The notes beneath the pieces were generated by a model. It saw only the letters and a program-made list of their open reading frames with translations, was not told the DNA's origin and searched no databases. DNA of 26,454 nucleotides from Verrucomicrobiota bacterium (GTDB lineage Bacteria; Verrucomicrobiota; Verrucomicrobiia; Limisphaerales; CANJXF01). The stretch is from positions 1-26,454 of the forward strand of contig JBBQRQ010000071.1 in the NCBI GenBank assembly GCA_038214755.1. Reading direction: 5' to 3'. Within the stretch, counting starts at the first letter, position 1; every line of letters begins with the position of its first letter. The position numbers and the translations under genes are program-made. This document shows positions 1 through 9,014 of this stretch, in pieces.

Positions 1-1
1 C

Positions 2-1567
2 ACCCTCGGCAGCGCGGATGTGCTTCGCCGCGCCATGGGAAAAAAGAAAGTAGAAGAGATGCAGAAGCAGCGCGAAACTTTCGTCAAAGGCGCGGCGAAG
101 ACGAACAAAATTTCCGAGGCGAAAGCAAATGAGATTTTCGATTTGCTGGAAAAATTCGCCGGTTATGGCTTCAACAAGTCACACGCCGCCGCTTACGCCA
201 TCGTCGCCTATCAGACTGCCTACCTGAAGGCGAATTATCCCGTCGAGTTTCTCAGCGCGAACATGACCAACGACATGAACAACACTGACAAGCTCAGTGT
301 GCTGATCGAGGAGGCGCGCAATTTTGGGATCGAAGTTCTCGCGCCGGACGTGAACGAGAGTCAGGTCACTTTCGCGCCGGCGCCCAAAGTTACGAATGCA
401 ACTAACATAGGGCAGGCGTCTCGCCTGCCCCAGCCCAACGGCGCGAAACAAGATACAAAATCGAATGCCGAAAATTCTCAGGGCAGGCGAGACGCCTGCC
501 CCGCTTTAGAACCGGTCATTCGTTTTGGACTGGCGGCGATCAAAGGCGTGGGCGAAGGCGCGGTGCAAAGTATTTTGAGCGGACGCGAGAGCGGGAAGTT
601 TAATTCGTTGGAAGAACTTTGCGAACGAATCGATGGCCGCGCGTTGACGCGAAAAGTTTTGGAGGCACTGATTAAATCCGGCGCGTGCGATTGTTTCGGC
701 GAAACGCGCGCGACGATGTTCGCTCGAATCGACCTCGCGATGGGCCGCGCTGCAGGTATTCTTTCCGACCGGCAACGCGGACAAAATACGTTGTTTGGGA
801 TGCTCGAAGAAAACGCGGAGAAAATTATCGAGCCGGAAAAACAACTTCCCGAATGGCCGCAGCACGAGTTGCTGGCGCACGAAAAAGAGTTGCTTGGATT
901 TTATGTGACAGGACATCCGCTGACGCCTTACGCGCCGCTGCTGGAAAAATTTGCGCTGCACAAAACGAGCGAGCTGGCTGCGCTGCCGAGTCGCACCGTG
1001 ACGCGCATCGGCGGGTTGATCGGCGCGGTGCAGCCGGGAGTTTCCAAGAAAAATGGAAAACCTTACGCGCTCGTCACGCTCGAAGATTTACAGGGATCGG
1101 TGCAGGTGCTTTTCATGAACGAGAATTACGACAAGTTTCGCAATCTGCTCGTGCCCAATAAAGCAATTCTCGTCGTGGGCGAAGTGAATACGGGTGAAGA
1201 TAAGCCGAAGATTTTCCCGCAGGAAATCATGCCGCTGGAGGACGCGCCGAAAAAATATACGCGGCAGGTGCATCTCAGATTGCACACCGCTCATCTCCAA
1301 CCGGAAACGATGAACGCGGTGCAGGAACTGGTCAGTGCGCACAAAGGAAAATGTCCGCTGCTCCTCTGCTTCATGCGCCCGGCCGGAGAAGTCGTTTTCG
1401 TAGCGGCGCACGAATTTTTTTCGGTGACACCGTCGCGCGAATTGCAGCACGCGGCAGACTGTTTATTTGGCGAAGAAACTTATTACGCAAAGGTGGACAA
1501 CTCTTTGCCCGAACGCGCGCCGCGACGATGGGAAAAGAAAAGCTACGAGGGGAACGGGGAAGAATAG
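2..1567 (+). CDS. dnaE: DNA polymerase III alpha subunit, C-terminal part (5' end lies before the window)
   Basis: Motifs ADVLRRAMGKKK, FAGYGFNKSHAAAY, YLKANYP, IRFGLAAIKGVG, EKELLGFYVTGHPL and a C-terminal OB-fold-like region. The frame is open back to position 2. Confidence 0.98.
   Translation, partial: TLGSADVLRRAMGKKKVEEMQKQRETFVKGAAKTNKISEAKANEIFDLLEKFAGYGFNKSHAAAYAIVAYQTAYLKANYPVEFLSANMTNDMNNTDKLSVLIEEARNFGIEVLAPDVNESQVTFAPAPKVTNATNIGQASRLPQPNGAKQDTKSNAENSQGRRDACPALEPVIRFGLAAIKGVGEGAVQSILSGRESGKFNSLEELCERIDGRALTRKVLEALIKSGACDCFGETRATMFARIDLAMGRAAGILSDRQRGQNTLFGMLEENAEKIIEPEKQLPEWPQHELLAHEKELLGFYVTGHPLTPYAPLLEKFALHKTSELAALPSRTVTRIGGLIGAVQPGVSKKNGKPYALVTLEDLQGSVQVLFMNENYDKFRNLLVPNKAILVVGEVNTGEDKPKIFPQEIMPLEDAPKKYTRQVHLRLHTAHLQPETMNAVQELVSAHKGKCPLLLCFMRPAGEVVFVAAHEFFSVTPSRELQHAADCLFGEETYYAKVDNSLPERAPRRWEKKSYEGNGEE
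410..501. repeat. REP-like inverted doublet inside the dnaE coding sequence
   Basis: GGGCAGGCGTCTCGCCTGCCC (410-430) and its exact reverse complement (481-501) with a 50-bp spacer. Each arm is itself a 9-bp-stem/3-nt-loop hairpin. The left arm is led by ATAG (GTAG-like). Confidence 0.9.
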
Positions 1568-1660
1568 GCGGAGACTTTTATTTTTTCGCGCGGCATTGGC
1601 TTCCGAGAACATTCGCCGCAACGGTGCTGGGAATTTTTCCACCCCCTGTGAAAAAGAAAA

Positions 1661-3244
1661 TCAGGCAAAAGTTTTGCTGGTTAGTTTTCTGGCCGGGATC
1701 GGCTCGGAGAACCTTTCCGTTCTTCTGAGCGAGGAATCTCTGGTTTGCATTCCGCCATTGAGGGCGACGTTCAATCCCACTATGCTGAGGAAAGGACCGA
1801 AGTCAGAGTAAAACGAACCGAAGACCGTGAAAAAGAAAATTATTCTGGCGACGTAATACGCCAAAAAGAACCGATTGATATTCCGCAAAGCCGGGTCTCC
1901 GTAGCGGTAGTTGTTCGCCAGAACACGGACCGATGCGACCAGGAACCAAAGGAATCCAATGACCCCAAAAATCCCAAATGGGACGATCAACGAAAGCGGT
2001 CCATTGTGGTAATCCCCCGCGACCAGCGCTACCTCCATGTTATCGGTCTGGCCCAGGCGGACCTGGTTGGCTAACAGTTCGATTTCGCCGAAGTTCAATC
2101 CCAGCCCCTTGCCTAAAAGCAGGTATTGCGGAATCTCCGGGATGACCCGCTTCCACATGGCCCATCGCCATTCCGAGGAGGATCGGGCGTTGATTTGCGC
2201 CAATGGATCGACATTGATGGGCAGGAAACTCAACGCGCGTTGCGCGGAAAGAGGAAGGTTTCTCGCCATGGGAAGGACAATCACTCCACCGAGCAGGACG
2301 CACAAAATCAAGACGGGAAACAGACGGGTCGAGAAAAGTTTCTCGTAAAAAAACTGGACGACAAACGTAAGGAGAAAAAGAATCAGGATGGAACGAAAGC
2401 CGCCCAAAAGGCTGACGATCAGAGCCAACAGGAAAAAAATGAAGCGCCACGGCTTGTTGACTTGCACCCCTTCTTTAAATTGGAAGGGAAGAAATCTTAA
2501 AGGGGAAGAAAAATCGAAAATACCTCGGATGCCATATCTGGCCAGTAAAGCGCAATAGATAGCAGCGCAGGCAACAGAGAGCCCGCCGAAGCGCGTAATA
2601 GAGGATTCCGCCGCCAAACCGATTGCCTCCAACCCGCTCTGTTCAGGAGGAAAAATGGCAAAAATGATATAAAAAGCGGGATTGACCAGCGGAAGAAGAT
2701 TGCCGATGGCAGACGTTATTCCGCCAAGAAAAAAAAGTGAAACATAGAGATGAGCTTTTGAGGGGGGAATGCGATAAGAGGTCAGCGCGAAATAACCGAC
2801 GGTAGCCGCAAAAATATAAACATACTTTTTGCCGCCCGCAGTTGTTGAGCCGAGCACCTGCAACCCCACGCCGCCTCGGAGTTCCGCCGTTAGCAGCACC
2901 ACGGCTGCCAAAAAAACCAGGGGGACGATAAGGCTCGGAACCGAGACATACACTTTGTTCTTTTCCATTGCATAATGAAGAAGGGAGAAAAGAAAACTGA
3001 TGCCGACCATCAACATCCAGAAAAGAGGTTTGCCGGGAATGAGAAAAATCAGTGCGCTCATGTTCCAACTGGCTACCATCCACGGGTAATGCCATCGCAA
3101 CAGAAACGGGATGGAAAAAAGCAAGAAGACCAGCCCAAAAACCCCAAGGCCGGTTCGATTGAGTGGCGTGGCCACGACATAACCCAGCAGAACCGCCAGG
3201 GGAAGACAGATTCCAAAAATGATCAAAGTCCGAAATATTCTCAC
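1661..3244 (-). CDS. O-antigen ligase/polymerase (Wzy_C-like) membrane protein, 527 aa
   Basis: Many hydrophobic segments, GGFRS motif, SSEWR..W..LLGKG loop, DYHNGPL His motif; polysaccharide gene context. Confidence 0.85.
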   Translation of the reverse strand: MRIFRTLIIFGICLPLAVLLGYVVATPLNRTGLGVFGLVFLLFSIPFLLRWHYPWMVASWNMSALIFLIPGKPLFWMLMVGISFLFSLLHYAMEKNKVYVSVPSLIVPLVFLAAVVLLTAELRGGVGLQVLGSTTAGGKKYVYIFAATVGYFALTSYRIPPSKAHLYVSLFFLGGITSAIGNLLPLVNPAFYIIFAIFPPEQSGLEAIGLAAESSITRFGGLSVACAAIYCALLARYGIRGIFDFSSPLRFLPFQFKEGVQVNKPWRFIFFLLALIVSLLGGFRSILILFLLTFVVQFFYEKLFSTRLFPVLILCVLLGGVIVLPMARNLPLSAQRALSFLPINVDPLAQINARSSSEWRWAMWKRVIPEIPQYLLLGKGLGLNFGEIELLANQVRLGQTDNMEVALVAGDYHNGPLSLIVPFGIFGVIGFLWFLVASVRVLANNYRYGDPALRNINRFFLAYYVARIIFFFTVFGSFYSDFGPFLSIVGLNVALNGGMQTRDSSLRRTERFSEPIPARKLTSKTFA

Positions 3245-4774
3245 GCTAATCCTTTTACGATAATTTTGTTTTCACTGTGGATTCTGTAGCTCCCGTTTCT
3301 TTCCTGAGAAAACTGCCTTGGTTCCTCGCCAACTTTTTTTGCCGCGCCATTGATACTGACGCTAAGACCGATTAACCCCAAGAAGCTGGCCACATCAGAG
3401 CCGATGGCGCCGAACACGGCGAAAAAAAAGATCACCCGGGTCAAAAAAACTGCCAACAAAAAAACATTGATGTGACGCAGCGATTCCTCTCCGAATTTAT
3501 AATTCCGATAAAGCACCCGACCGCTGGCGATCAAGAACCAGCCAAACGCCAGCAGCCCCCAGAGGCCGAAAGGAATCAGCAAAGAGAGGGGACCATTGTG
3601 ATAATCCGGGGCGAGGATCGCTACCTCCGCGGAGCTTTGCATCCCATGGGCGTTTAGAATGTCTGCCATGTAAAGGTCTTGGGGGTTGAAGATATATCCT
3701 TTTCCGAAAAAGAAATGTTTTTTAATTTCGGGTCCGAGGATTTTCCACATCTCCACCCTCCAGTCGGTTGAACCCTGGGCGTTTTGCCGGACCAAGGGAT
3801 CGACATTGATGGGAAGAACATCGAGAACGGCAACTGTCGGACAAACGGCACGGTCAGGATTCCCAGCAGCCCCATGGCCAGAATCAGCTTTGGAAATAAT
3901 GTGGTGCGGTGCAACCCTTCGAGGAAAAACAGAATGACCAGCGTCAGACAAAGGATAATTAAAGTGGAGCGAAAGCCTCCCATCAAACTGGCCATGATCA
4001 TCCCAATCAGCAGTGTGAATTTTCCAAGATGACGCCAGGAAAAAAGTTTCTGAATACCATCGTTCACCAGGAGTGCGGACACACCCCCCAGACAGCCGAT
4101 GGCCAAACCATTGATCCGCACCATTTCATGATTCGATGAGCGTTCCATTGCCATCGCCTGGTCCAGAGCTATCTCGGAAGGAAACAAAAGGTATAGAAAA
4201 TAAAATCCAGGCCCCGCCATGTAGGCAAGGTTGCTGATCACTGCGGTCAGGCTCGAAAGAAAAAACAGGATCGCGTAAAAGGCGGCGCGCCCGGTCGGAA
4301 TTTTTTGACTGCTCAGAGCGAAATAGGCAACAATGGCGGCAAGAATGTAAATGTACTTTTTCCCGCCCATTTGGCTCCCGCCAAACAAGGCCAGCCGAAT
4401 GCCGCCTGTTATCAAAGCGGTGACCAAAACGACGGCCCCAAAAAACAACAGAGAATGGTTAACGGCTGGCGCGTGAAGGAACTGGCTTTTGGGTTGAACA
4501 ACTTTGCGCAAGATGGAAATGGTCAGACTGATCACCGCTACAAACATCCAAAGATAGGGACGACCTGGCAGAAAAAAAAGCATCAGGCTGGCGTTCCAAC
4601 TAAAAATTAAAAGCCGATGATGATGCGTCAGCAAAGCGGAATAAATAATGCAGAGACAACCAAGAGGATTACTTCAAACGAAATCAATTCATCCGGCGTG
4701 GCCAGGAAATAACCTAAAATCAAACAGATTAAAATAGCGGCGCCGAAGGTTCGCGCGACAAATTTGCTCGTCAT
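3241..4774 (-). pseudogene. Frameshifted O-antigen ligase/polymerase, tandem paralogue of 1661-3244
   Basis: Three consecutive ORF pieces align colinearly with the neighbour (GY..ATP, SWN.S, GGKKY.YI, GGFRS, LPINVDP, STDWR, DYHNGPLSL). Frame breaks at ~4633 (one T missing in CTTTG) and ~3818 (QRALS segment of the paralogue absent). Confidence 0.88.
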
Positions 4775-4846
4775 CCAGGGCACAGTGTAGGACAAACTTT
4801 TCGCGTTACACAATTGTTAAGACTCCTTAAATTCCCTGCGCGCGAC

Positions 4847-5857
4847 ATGAAAATTTTATTTGATCATCCCAGCCCTTTCCTGCTGGCCCATGGCGGTTTC
4901 CAAACCCAAATTGAACAAACTAAAAACGCATTGGAAGAAATTGGCGTTGAGGTTGAACATCTGCGCTGGTGGGATGCCCGGCAGCGAGGGGATTTGATTC
5001 ATTTTTTCTCCGCGCCGAGTCAGAGTTATTTGAATCTGGCGCGCGCGGTGCGGCTTCCAGTCGTCAACACCACGTTGTTTACCGAAACCTGCAATCGCTC
5101 CGACGCAAAGCTTCGGCGACAAGGTTTTTTAGTGCGGGTGATTCTTTCTTTGCCCTTTGGTGAGGGAATCAAACAGCAACTTACTTGGGGAGCTTACAAA
5201 GGCTGCGCGCATAATGTGGTCACGTTGGCTGCCGAAAAATTCGTTTTGGAAACAGTCTATGGTATCGCTCCTTCCGCCATTTCGATTGTTCCCTATGGGT
5301 TGTCCGAAATTTTCTTACGCGCTGGACGCGGTGACCGCTCCAAAAATTATTTGATTTCCACAGGGACAATCACGGAAAGAAAAAACTGCATTGAACTGGC
5401 GGAAATGGCGAAGGCCGCCAAGGTTCCAATCTTGTTTGTAGGAAAACCTTACCACCCCGACGATGCCTATTGGCGAAAATTTGAGCGACGAATCGATGGG
5501 CAATGGGTCCAGTATCATTCTCACGTTGAGAGCGAGGAAGAGATGGTTGGTTTGCTCAAAGCTTCGCGGGGTTACGTTTTGTTCAGCCGGCACGAGAACT
5601 GGTGTTTGTCCGCGCATGAAGCCGCCGCCTGCGGGCTGCCATTATTGGTTCCTGATCAAAAGTGGTCGCGAGAACGTTTCGGAGGCTTGGTCTCCTATTT
5701 CAGAGGATTCGACACCAACGACAACGTCCAAATTTTAAAACAGTTTTACGACAGATGCCCCTCGCTGCCGCCTCCCCCGGTGAAGTTCTACCAGTGGAAA
5801 GACGCGGCTCAGCAGTTGAAAACGATTTATGAAGCGGTCTTGAGCGTCTCTCGATAA
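4847..5857 (+). CDS. Glycosyltransferase family 4 (GT-B)
   Basis: MKILFD..HGG N-terminus, GTITERKN, S.HENWCLSAHEAAACGLP (EX7E). ATG 4847 preferred over TTG 4814. Confidence 0.9.
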   Translation: MKILFDHPSPFLLAHGGFQTQIEQTKNALEEIGVEVEHLRWWDARQRGDLIHFFSAPSQSYLNLARAVRLPVVNTTLFTETCNRSDAKLRRQGFLVRVILSLPFGEGIKQQLTWGAYKGCAHNVVTLAAEKFVLETVYGIAPSAISIVPYGLSEIFLRAGRGDRSKNYLISTGTITERKNCIELAEMAKAAKVPILFVGKPYHPDDAYWRKFERRIDGQWVQYHSHVESEEEMVGLLKASRGYVLFSRHENWCLSAHEAAACGLPLLVPDQKWSRERFGGLVSYFRGFDTNDNVQILKQFYDRCPSLPPPPVKFYQWKDAAQQLKTIYEAVLSVSR

Positions 5858-6969
5858 ATTTCTAAATGCTGTTGCGCAATGACGGTCGGATGGAAACGGT
5901 TTAAGGCCTCTTGTTTGGCATGGCGAGCCAGTTGTTCCCTCATTGGCAAATCATTTAAAATCCTTTTCACACTGGATTCGATCGTGGCGGGATTTGTCGG
6001 ATCGCAAAACAATCCGGTCCGCCCCTCCTCGATCAAATCGGGCAGGCCACCCACTTTCGCGACAACGACCGGAACGCCTGCGGCCATTGCTTCCAGGATC
6101 ACCATGGGACAATTGTCTTCCAGCGAAGGGAGTGCGAGCAGCGTCGAACTTTTCAGAAAAGCCTTCAGCTTTTCGCGAGTGGCAAATCCGTCGTAGCGGC
6201 ACCAGGCACGCGTTTCGAGCAATTGAAAAAACTCCCGCACGTACGGATCTTTTTTGTCCGCCAGTCCCAGGAAAATAATTTTAAAATTTCGGGAAGCGGC
6301 CAAACCATCCAATGCGCGAATGAAATTATTCTGGTTCTTGCGAAAGCAAATATTCCCGACGCACAAACTGGTTTCACCCTCGCGCGCGACTCGCTCCACG
6401 TCAAAAAAACTGGCGTCCACCGCGTTGGGGACAACCCAGGTCCGCCGAGCCATCTTTTGTATGGCTGACTGAGTGTAGCGGGTGATGCAGACGACGCCGC
6501 TCGCGCGAGGAACGGTAAACTTTTCCAAGGTGGCGGCCAGCCACATAAAAGAGAACGGGCGCGCCTTGTTCACCTCGGCAATAAGCCTCATGTTTCCATG
6601 AATCGTCAGCACATTCGGGAAACCCGAGAAAACCGCGCTGATCGCGCAATCCCGTTCCGTGCCTTGCCCGTGGACCACATCGGGATTTATCTCTCGAATT
6701 TTTTCTCGCGTCGCCCGGATGCATCCCTGATAGCCCGTTCGCATCCAGCCAACCTTAGGCACGTGCAAGCTGTGGAACCAGATATTGCCCGCCAATTTCT
6801 GCGGCGAATCCATTCGCCGTTGCGCGCAACTCACCACATGAACTTTCACCTCGCTTAATTGCGCCAATCCCTGAAGCAAAGCTTCGGGCGCAGTGCCAAA
6901 CCACGGAAGTTTTTTTTCGTATTCGCGAAACGCTTCGCGGTTGTCAATGATGAGTTGAACAATGACCAT
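5827..6969 (-). CDS. Glycosyltransferase family 4 (GT-B)
   Basis: PDVVHGQG, VVPNAVD, VGNICFRKN, LPSLEDNCPMVILEAMAAGVPVV. Confidence 0.93.
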   Translation of the reverse strand: MVIVQLIIDNREAFREYEKKLPWFGTAPEALLQGLAQLSEVKVHVVSCAQRRMDSPQKLAGNIWFHSLHVPKVGWMRTGYQGCIRATREKIREINPDVVHGQGTERDCAISAVFSGFPNVLTIHGNMRLIAEVNKARPFSFMWLAATLEKFTVPRASGVVCITRYTQSAIQKMARRTWVVPNAVDASFFDVERVAREGETSLCVGNICFRKNQNNFIRALDGLAASRNFKIIFLGLADKKDPYVREFFQLLETRAWCRYDGFATREKLKAFLKSSTLLALPSLEDNCPMVILEAMAAGVPVVVAKVGGLPDLIEEGRTGLFCDPTNPATIESSVKRILNDLPMREQLARHAKQEALNRFHPTVIAQQHLEIYRETLKTAS

Positions 6970-6976
6970 GGCGCCC

Positions 6977-7756
6977 TCAGGAACGATGCAGGAAATAAGA
7001 GCAAACCGTTTCCTCCTCTATTTGGAAACCCAGTCCAGCCATGCGTTGCAGAAATTCGTTTGGTTTCATTCGGCCATTCGGGTCGTCATGCACCTCCAAA
7101 GACATCGCGGAAATTTTTCCCCAAATATGAGGTGGCGTCTTTTCCAACATTTCAAACTCGGCTCCTTCGATGTCGATTTTTGCGAGCGCGACCGCATCAG
7201 GAAGCGAGTCCATCACTTCGGCAAATGACCGCACTTGAACCTGAACAGAATCTTTCTCTGCACAAAATAAACCCGAGCCGCCTGGATTTTGCGCATCGAA
7301 ATGCCAGTGAGTCAGCCGCGTTTCACCCGCCACAGCTTCTTTGCGCAATTGGATGCGCGACGAGATGTCAGCGTTCAACAAACAATTGATTTCAAACATC
7401 CGATAATTGGGCGGCCCCGGCTCATAGGCAAAAATCCGCGCGCCTTTGTGGGTGGAAGCCGCCCTCAAGCTGAACAGACCGATGTTCCCGCCCAGGTCCA
7501 GCACGATTGGATTCCCTTTTAAATTTCGCAGGTAGGAAAAGGCCCGGTCATAGCCTCCAGCGAAAAACAATTCGTGGATCACGTCCCACTCGCGGGTGCC
7601 TCCCCGGCAAATGAGATTCAATCCATCACGAAACGAAAGCAGTTTCAGGGCTTTTCGCCCCCGGCGAATGCGCAGGTCGAAGGCGTCCGGCCAGTTTCGT
7701 ATCTTTCGCGTGATGTCCCAGGCCGTCTTCAATTTATTTCTTTTATATGATTGCAT
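6977..7756 (-). CDS. FkbM family methyltransferase
   Basis: VLDLGGNIGLF, IFAYEP, LAKIDIEGAE motifs. Confidence 0.92.
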   Translation of the reverse strand: MQSYKRNKLKTAWDITRKIRNWPDAFDLRIRRGRKALKLLSFRDGLNLICRGGTREWDVIHELFFAGGYDRAFSYLRNLKGNPIVLDLGGNIGLFSLRAASTHKGARIFAYEPGPPNYRMFEINCLLNADISSRIQLRKEAVAGETRLTHWHFDAQNPGGSGLFCAEKDSVQVQVRSFAEVMDSLPDAVALAKIDIEGAEFEMLEKTPPHIWGKISAMSLEVHDDPNGRMKPNEFLQRMAGLGFQIEEETVCSYFLHRS

Positions 7757-8199
7757 TATGAGAATTGTAGTTAATCGGCCCGAATTCTTTCGGACGACCT
7801 TGCGATTTTGGCATTGAGATTTTTAAAAGGAAACTGAAAACATCTTTTGCCACATAGAATCCCTAACCGATCTCTTCCTATTGATTAACGCTACGAAATT
7901 TGCTCATGCAGGGGGCGCTCAGGTTATGTGAGTCGTCGTTAAACACATCTACACCTACCGCCCTCATGAAGTGGATAGCTTGAATGATTATGAGCAAGGT
8001 GAACTGCGGCGTGAATAACCATATCCAAGGCAGTCTTTCAGATGGGTTTGGGCAATTCGCACATAAGCACGTGCAGCGTTTGTTCTGAGGGTCGCTTCAA
8101 TTGGGGATTTCCTCGGTGTCGCTGAGGTGACTCGCCTGCTCTTAAGTATGCGATGTGGAGCAAACGGTATGTTGTGGTTGTGGAGTCTTTTTCGGATCG

Positions 8200-8500
8200 C
8201 AAAATTTACACCATTTGTTAAGGCAGGCTTTTCGAGGTCTGCTCGAAAAATGAGAAAGAGCAGAGCAATGAAAACAAAACCCAAGAACTACAGTGGAGCC
8301 TTCAAAGCCAAAATTGGTTTGGCGGCATTAGTCGGAATCAAAACGACGGCGCAAATTGGGCGTGAGAACCAAGTGCATCCGCTCTTGGTTGGGCAATGGA
8401 AGATGATCGTGCGGGAGCGGTTGCCGGAGCTCTTCGAGCCGGGCCATCACAGTGAGCGAGCTTACCGAAGCAGCGACAAGAAGAAGATTGACCATTTGGT
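8200..8500 (+). mobile_element. IS3-family remnant: orfA helix-turn-helix fragment only, boundaries approximate
   Basis: From ATG 8268, KNYSGAFKAKIGLAAL.G.KT.AQI.RE..VHP.LV.QWK...ERLPELF resembles IS3 OrfA. CAAAATTTACACCA (8200-8213) weakly resembles an inner IS3 left-end motif. No orfB or right end seen. Confidence 0.72.
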
Positions 8501-8510
8501 GGAGGCGCAA

Positions 8511-8855
8511 ATGGCTTTTCGGTCGAGGAACAGAACCCTCTTGAGAGAGGGGTGGGCAGCGCTGGCGGAAACTGCACATTACGATGCCAACGAACTCGCA
8601 CGGCTGTGTCAGTTGTCCACCCGCCAACTGCAACGGCAATTTCGACACCATCTCGAACGTTCCCCGCAGGATTGGTTAAATGAGCGACGAATGCTCGCGG
8701 CCAGGGAACTTCTCCGCTCCGGTCTGCGCATCAAGGAAATCACGTTTCTTTTGGGCTTCAAGCAAGCCTCTCACTTCTGCCGCCAGTTCAAATTACTGAA
8801 CGACATGAGCCCGTCGGAATTCGCGGGTTCGCGTTTTCCTTCTAAATGTCGCTGA
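8511..8855 (+). CDS. Small AraC-family HTH transcriptional regulator, 114 aa (195 aa if translated from 8268 as an IS3 OrfA fusion)
   Basis: ELARLCQLSTRQLQRQF..SPQDWLNERRM..ARELL..IKEI..LGFKQASHFCRQFK..SPSEF is the AraC double HTH. GGAGG at 8501-8505 precedes ATG 8511. Confidence 0.9.
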   Translation: MAFRSRNRTLLREGWAALAETAHYDANELARLCQLSTRQLQRQFRHHLERSPQDWLNERRMLAARELLRSGLRIKEITFLLGFKQASHFCRQFKLLNDMSPSEFAGSRFPSKCR

Positions 8856-8883
8856 TAGATAACAAATGCCGCTCACGGATAAT
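8844..8883 (+). promoter_or_regulatory. Tandem 20-bp direct repeat, candidate AraC operator
   Basis: AAATGTCGCTGATAGATAAC / AAATGCCGCTCACGGATAAT (15/20 identical), overlapping the araC stop and upstream of TTGAAA (8893-8898) and the 9015 gene. Confidence 0.5.
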
Positions 8884-9014
8884 GAACGCAGCTTGAAATC
8901 AAAACTTTCGTTGAGAATATCAAATCTAATCTAATAAAGATGGCCGAATACAAAAAACACTCTGATGAAGCGGTGCTTTTCAACCGAAAGAATCAATGAA
9001 AAATTGCCAAAACT

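Noticed and set aside
150..200. Possible DnaE intein at the known FAxY/xFNKSH insertion site, or the 374-516 insert being a mini-intein
   Set aside because: FAGYGFNKSH is continuous, and the insert lacks intein terminal motifs such as the C-terminal HN followed by C/S/T.
7757..8199. Long intergenic stretch as a possible ncRNA, riboswitch or small gene
   Set aside because: No recognisable RNA motif, strong structure or convincing ORF by eye. A covariance-model search would be needed.
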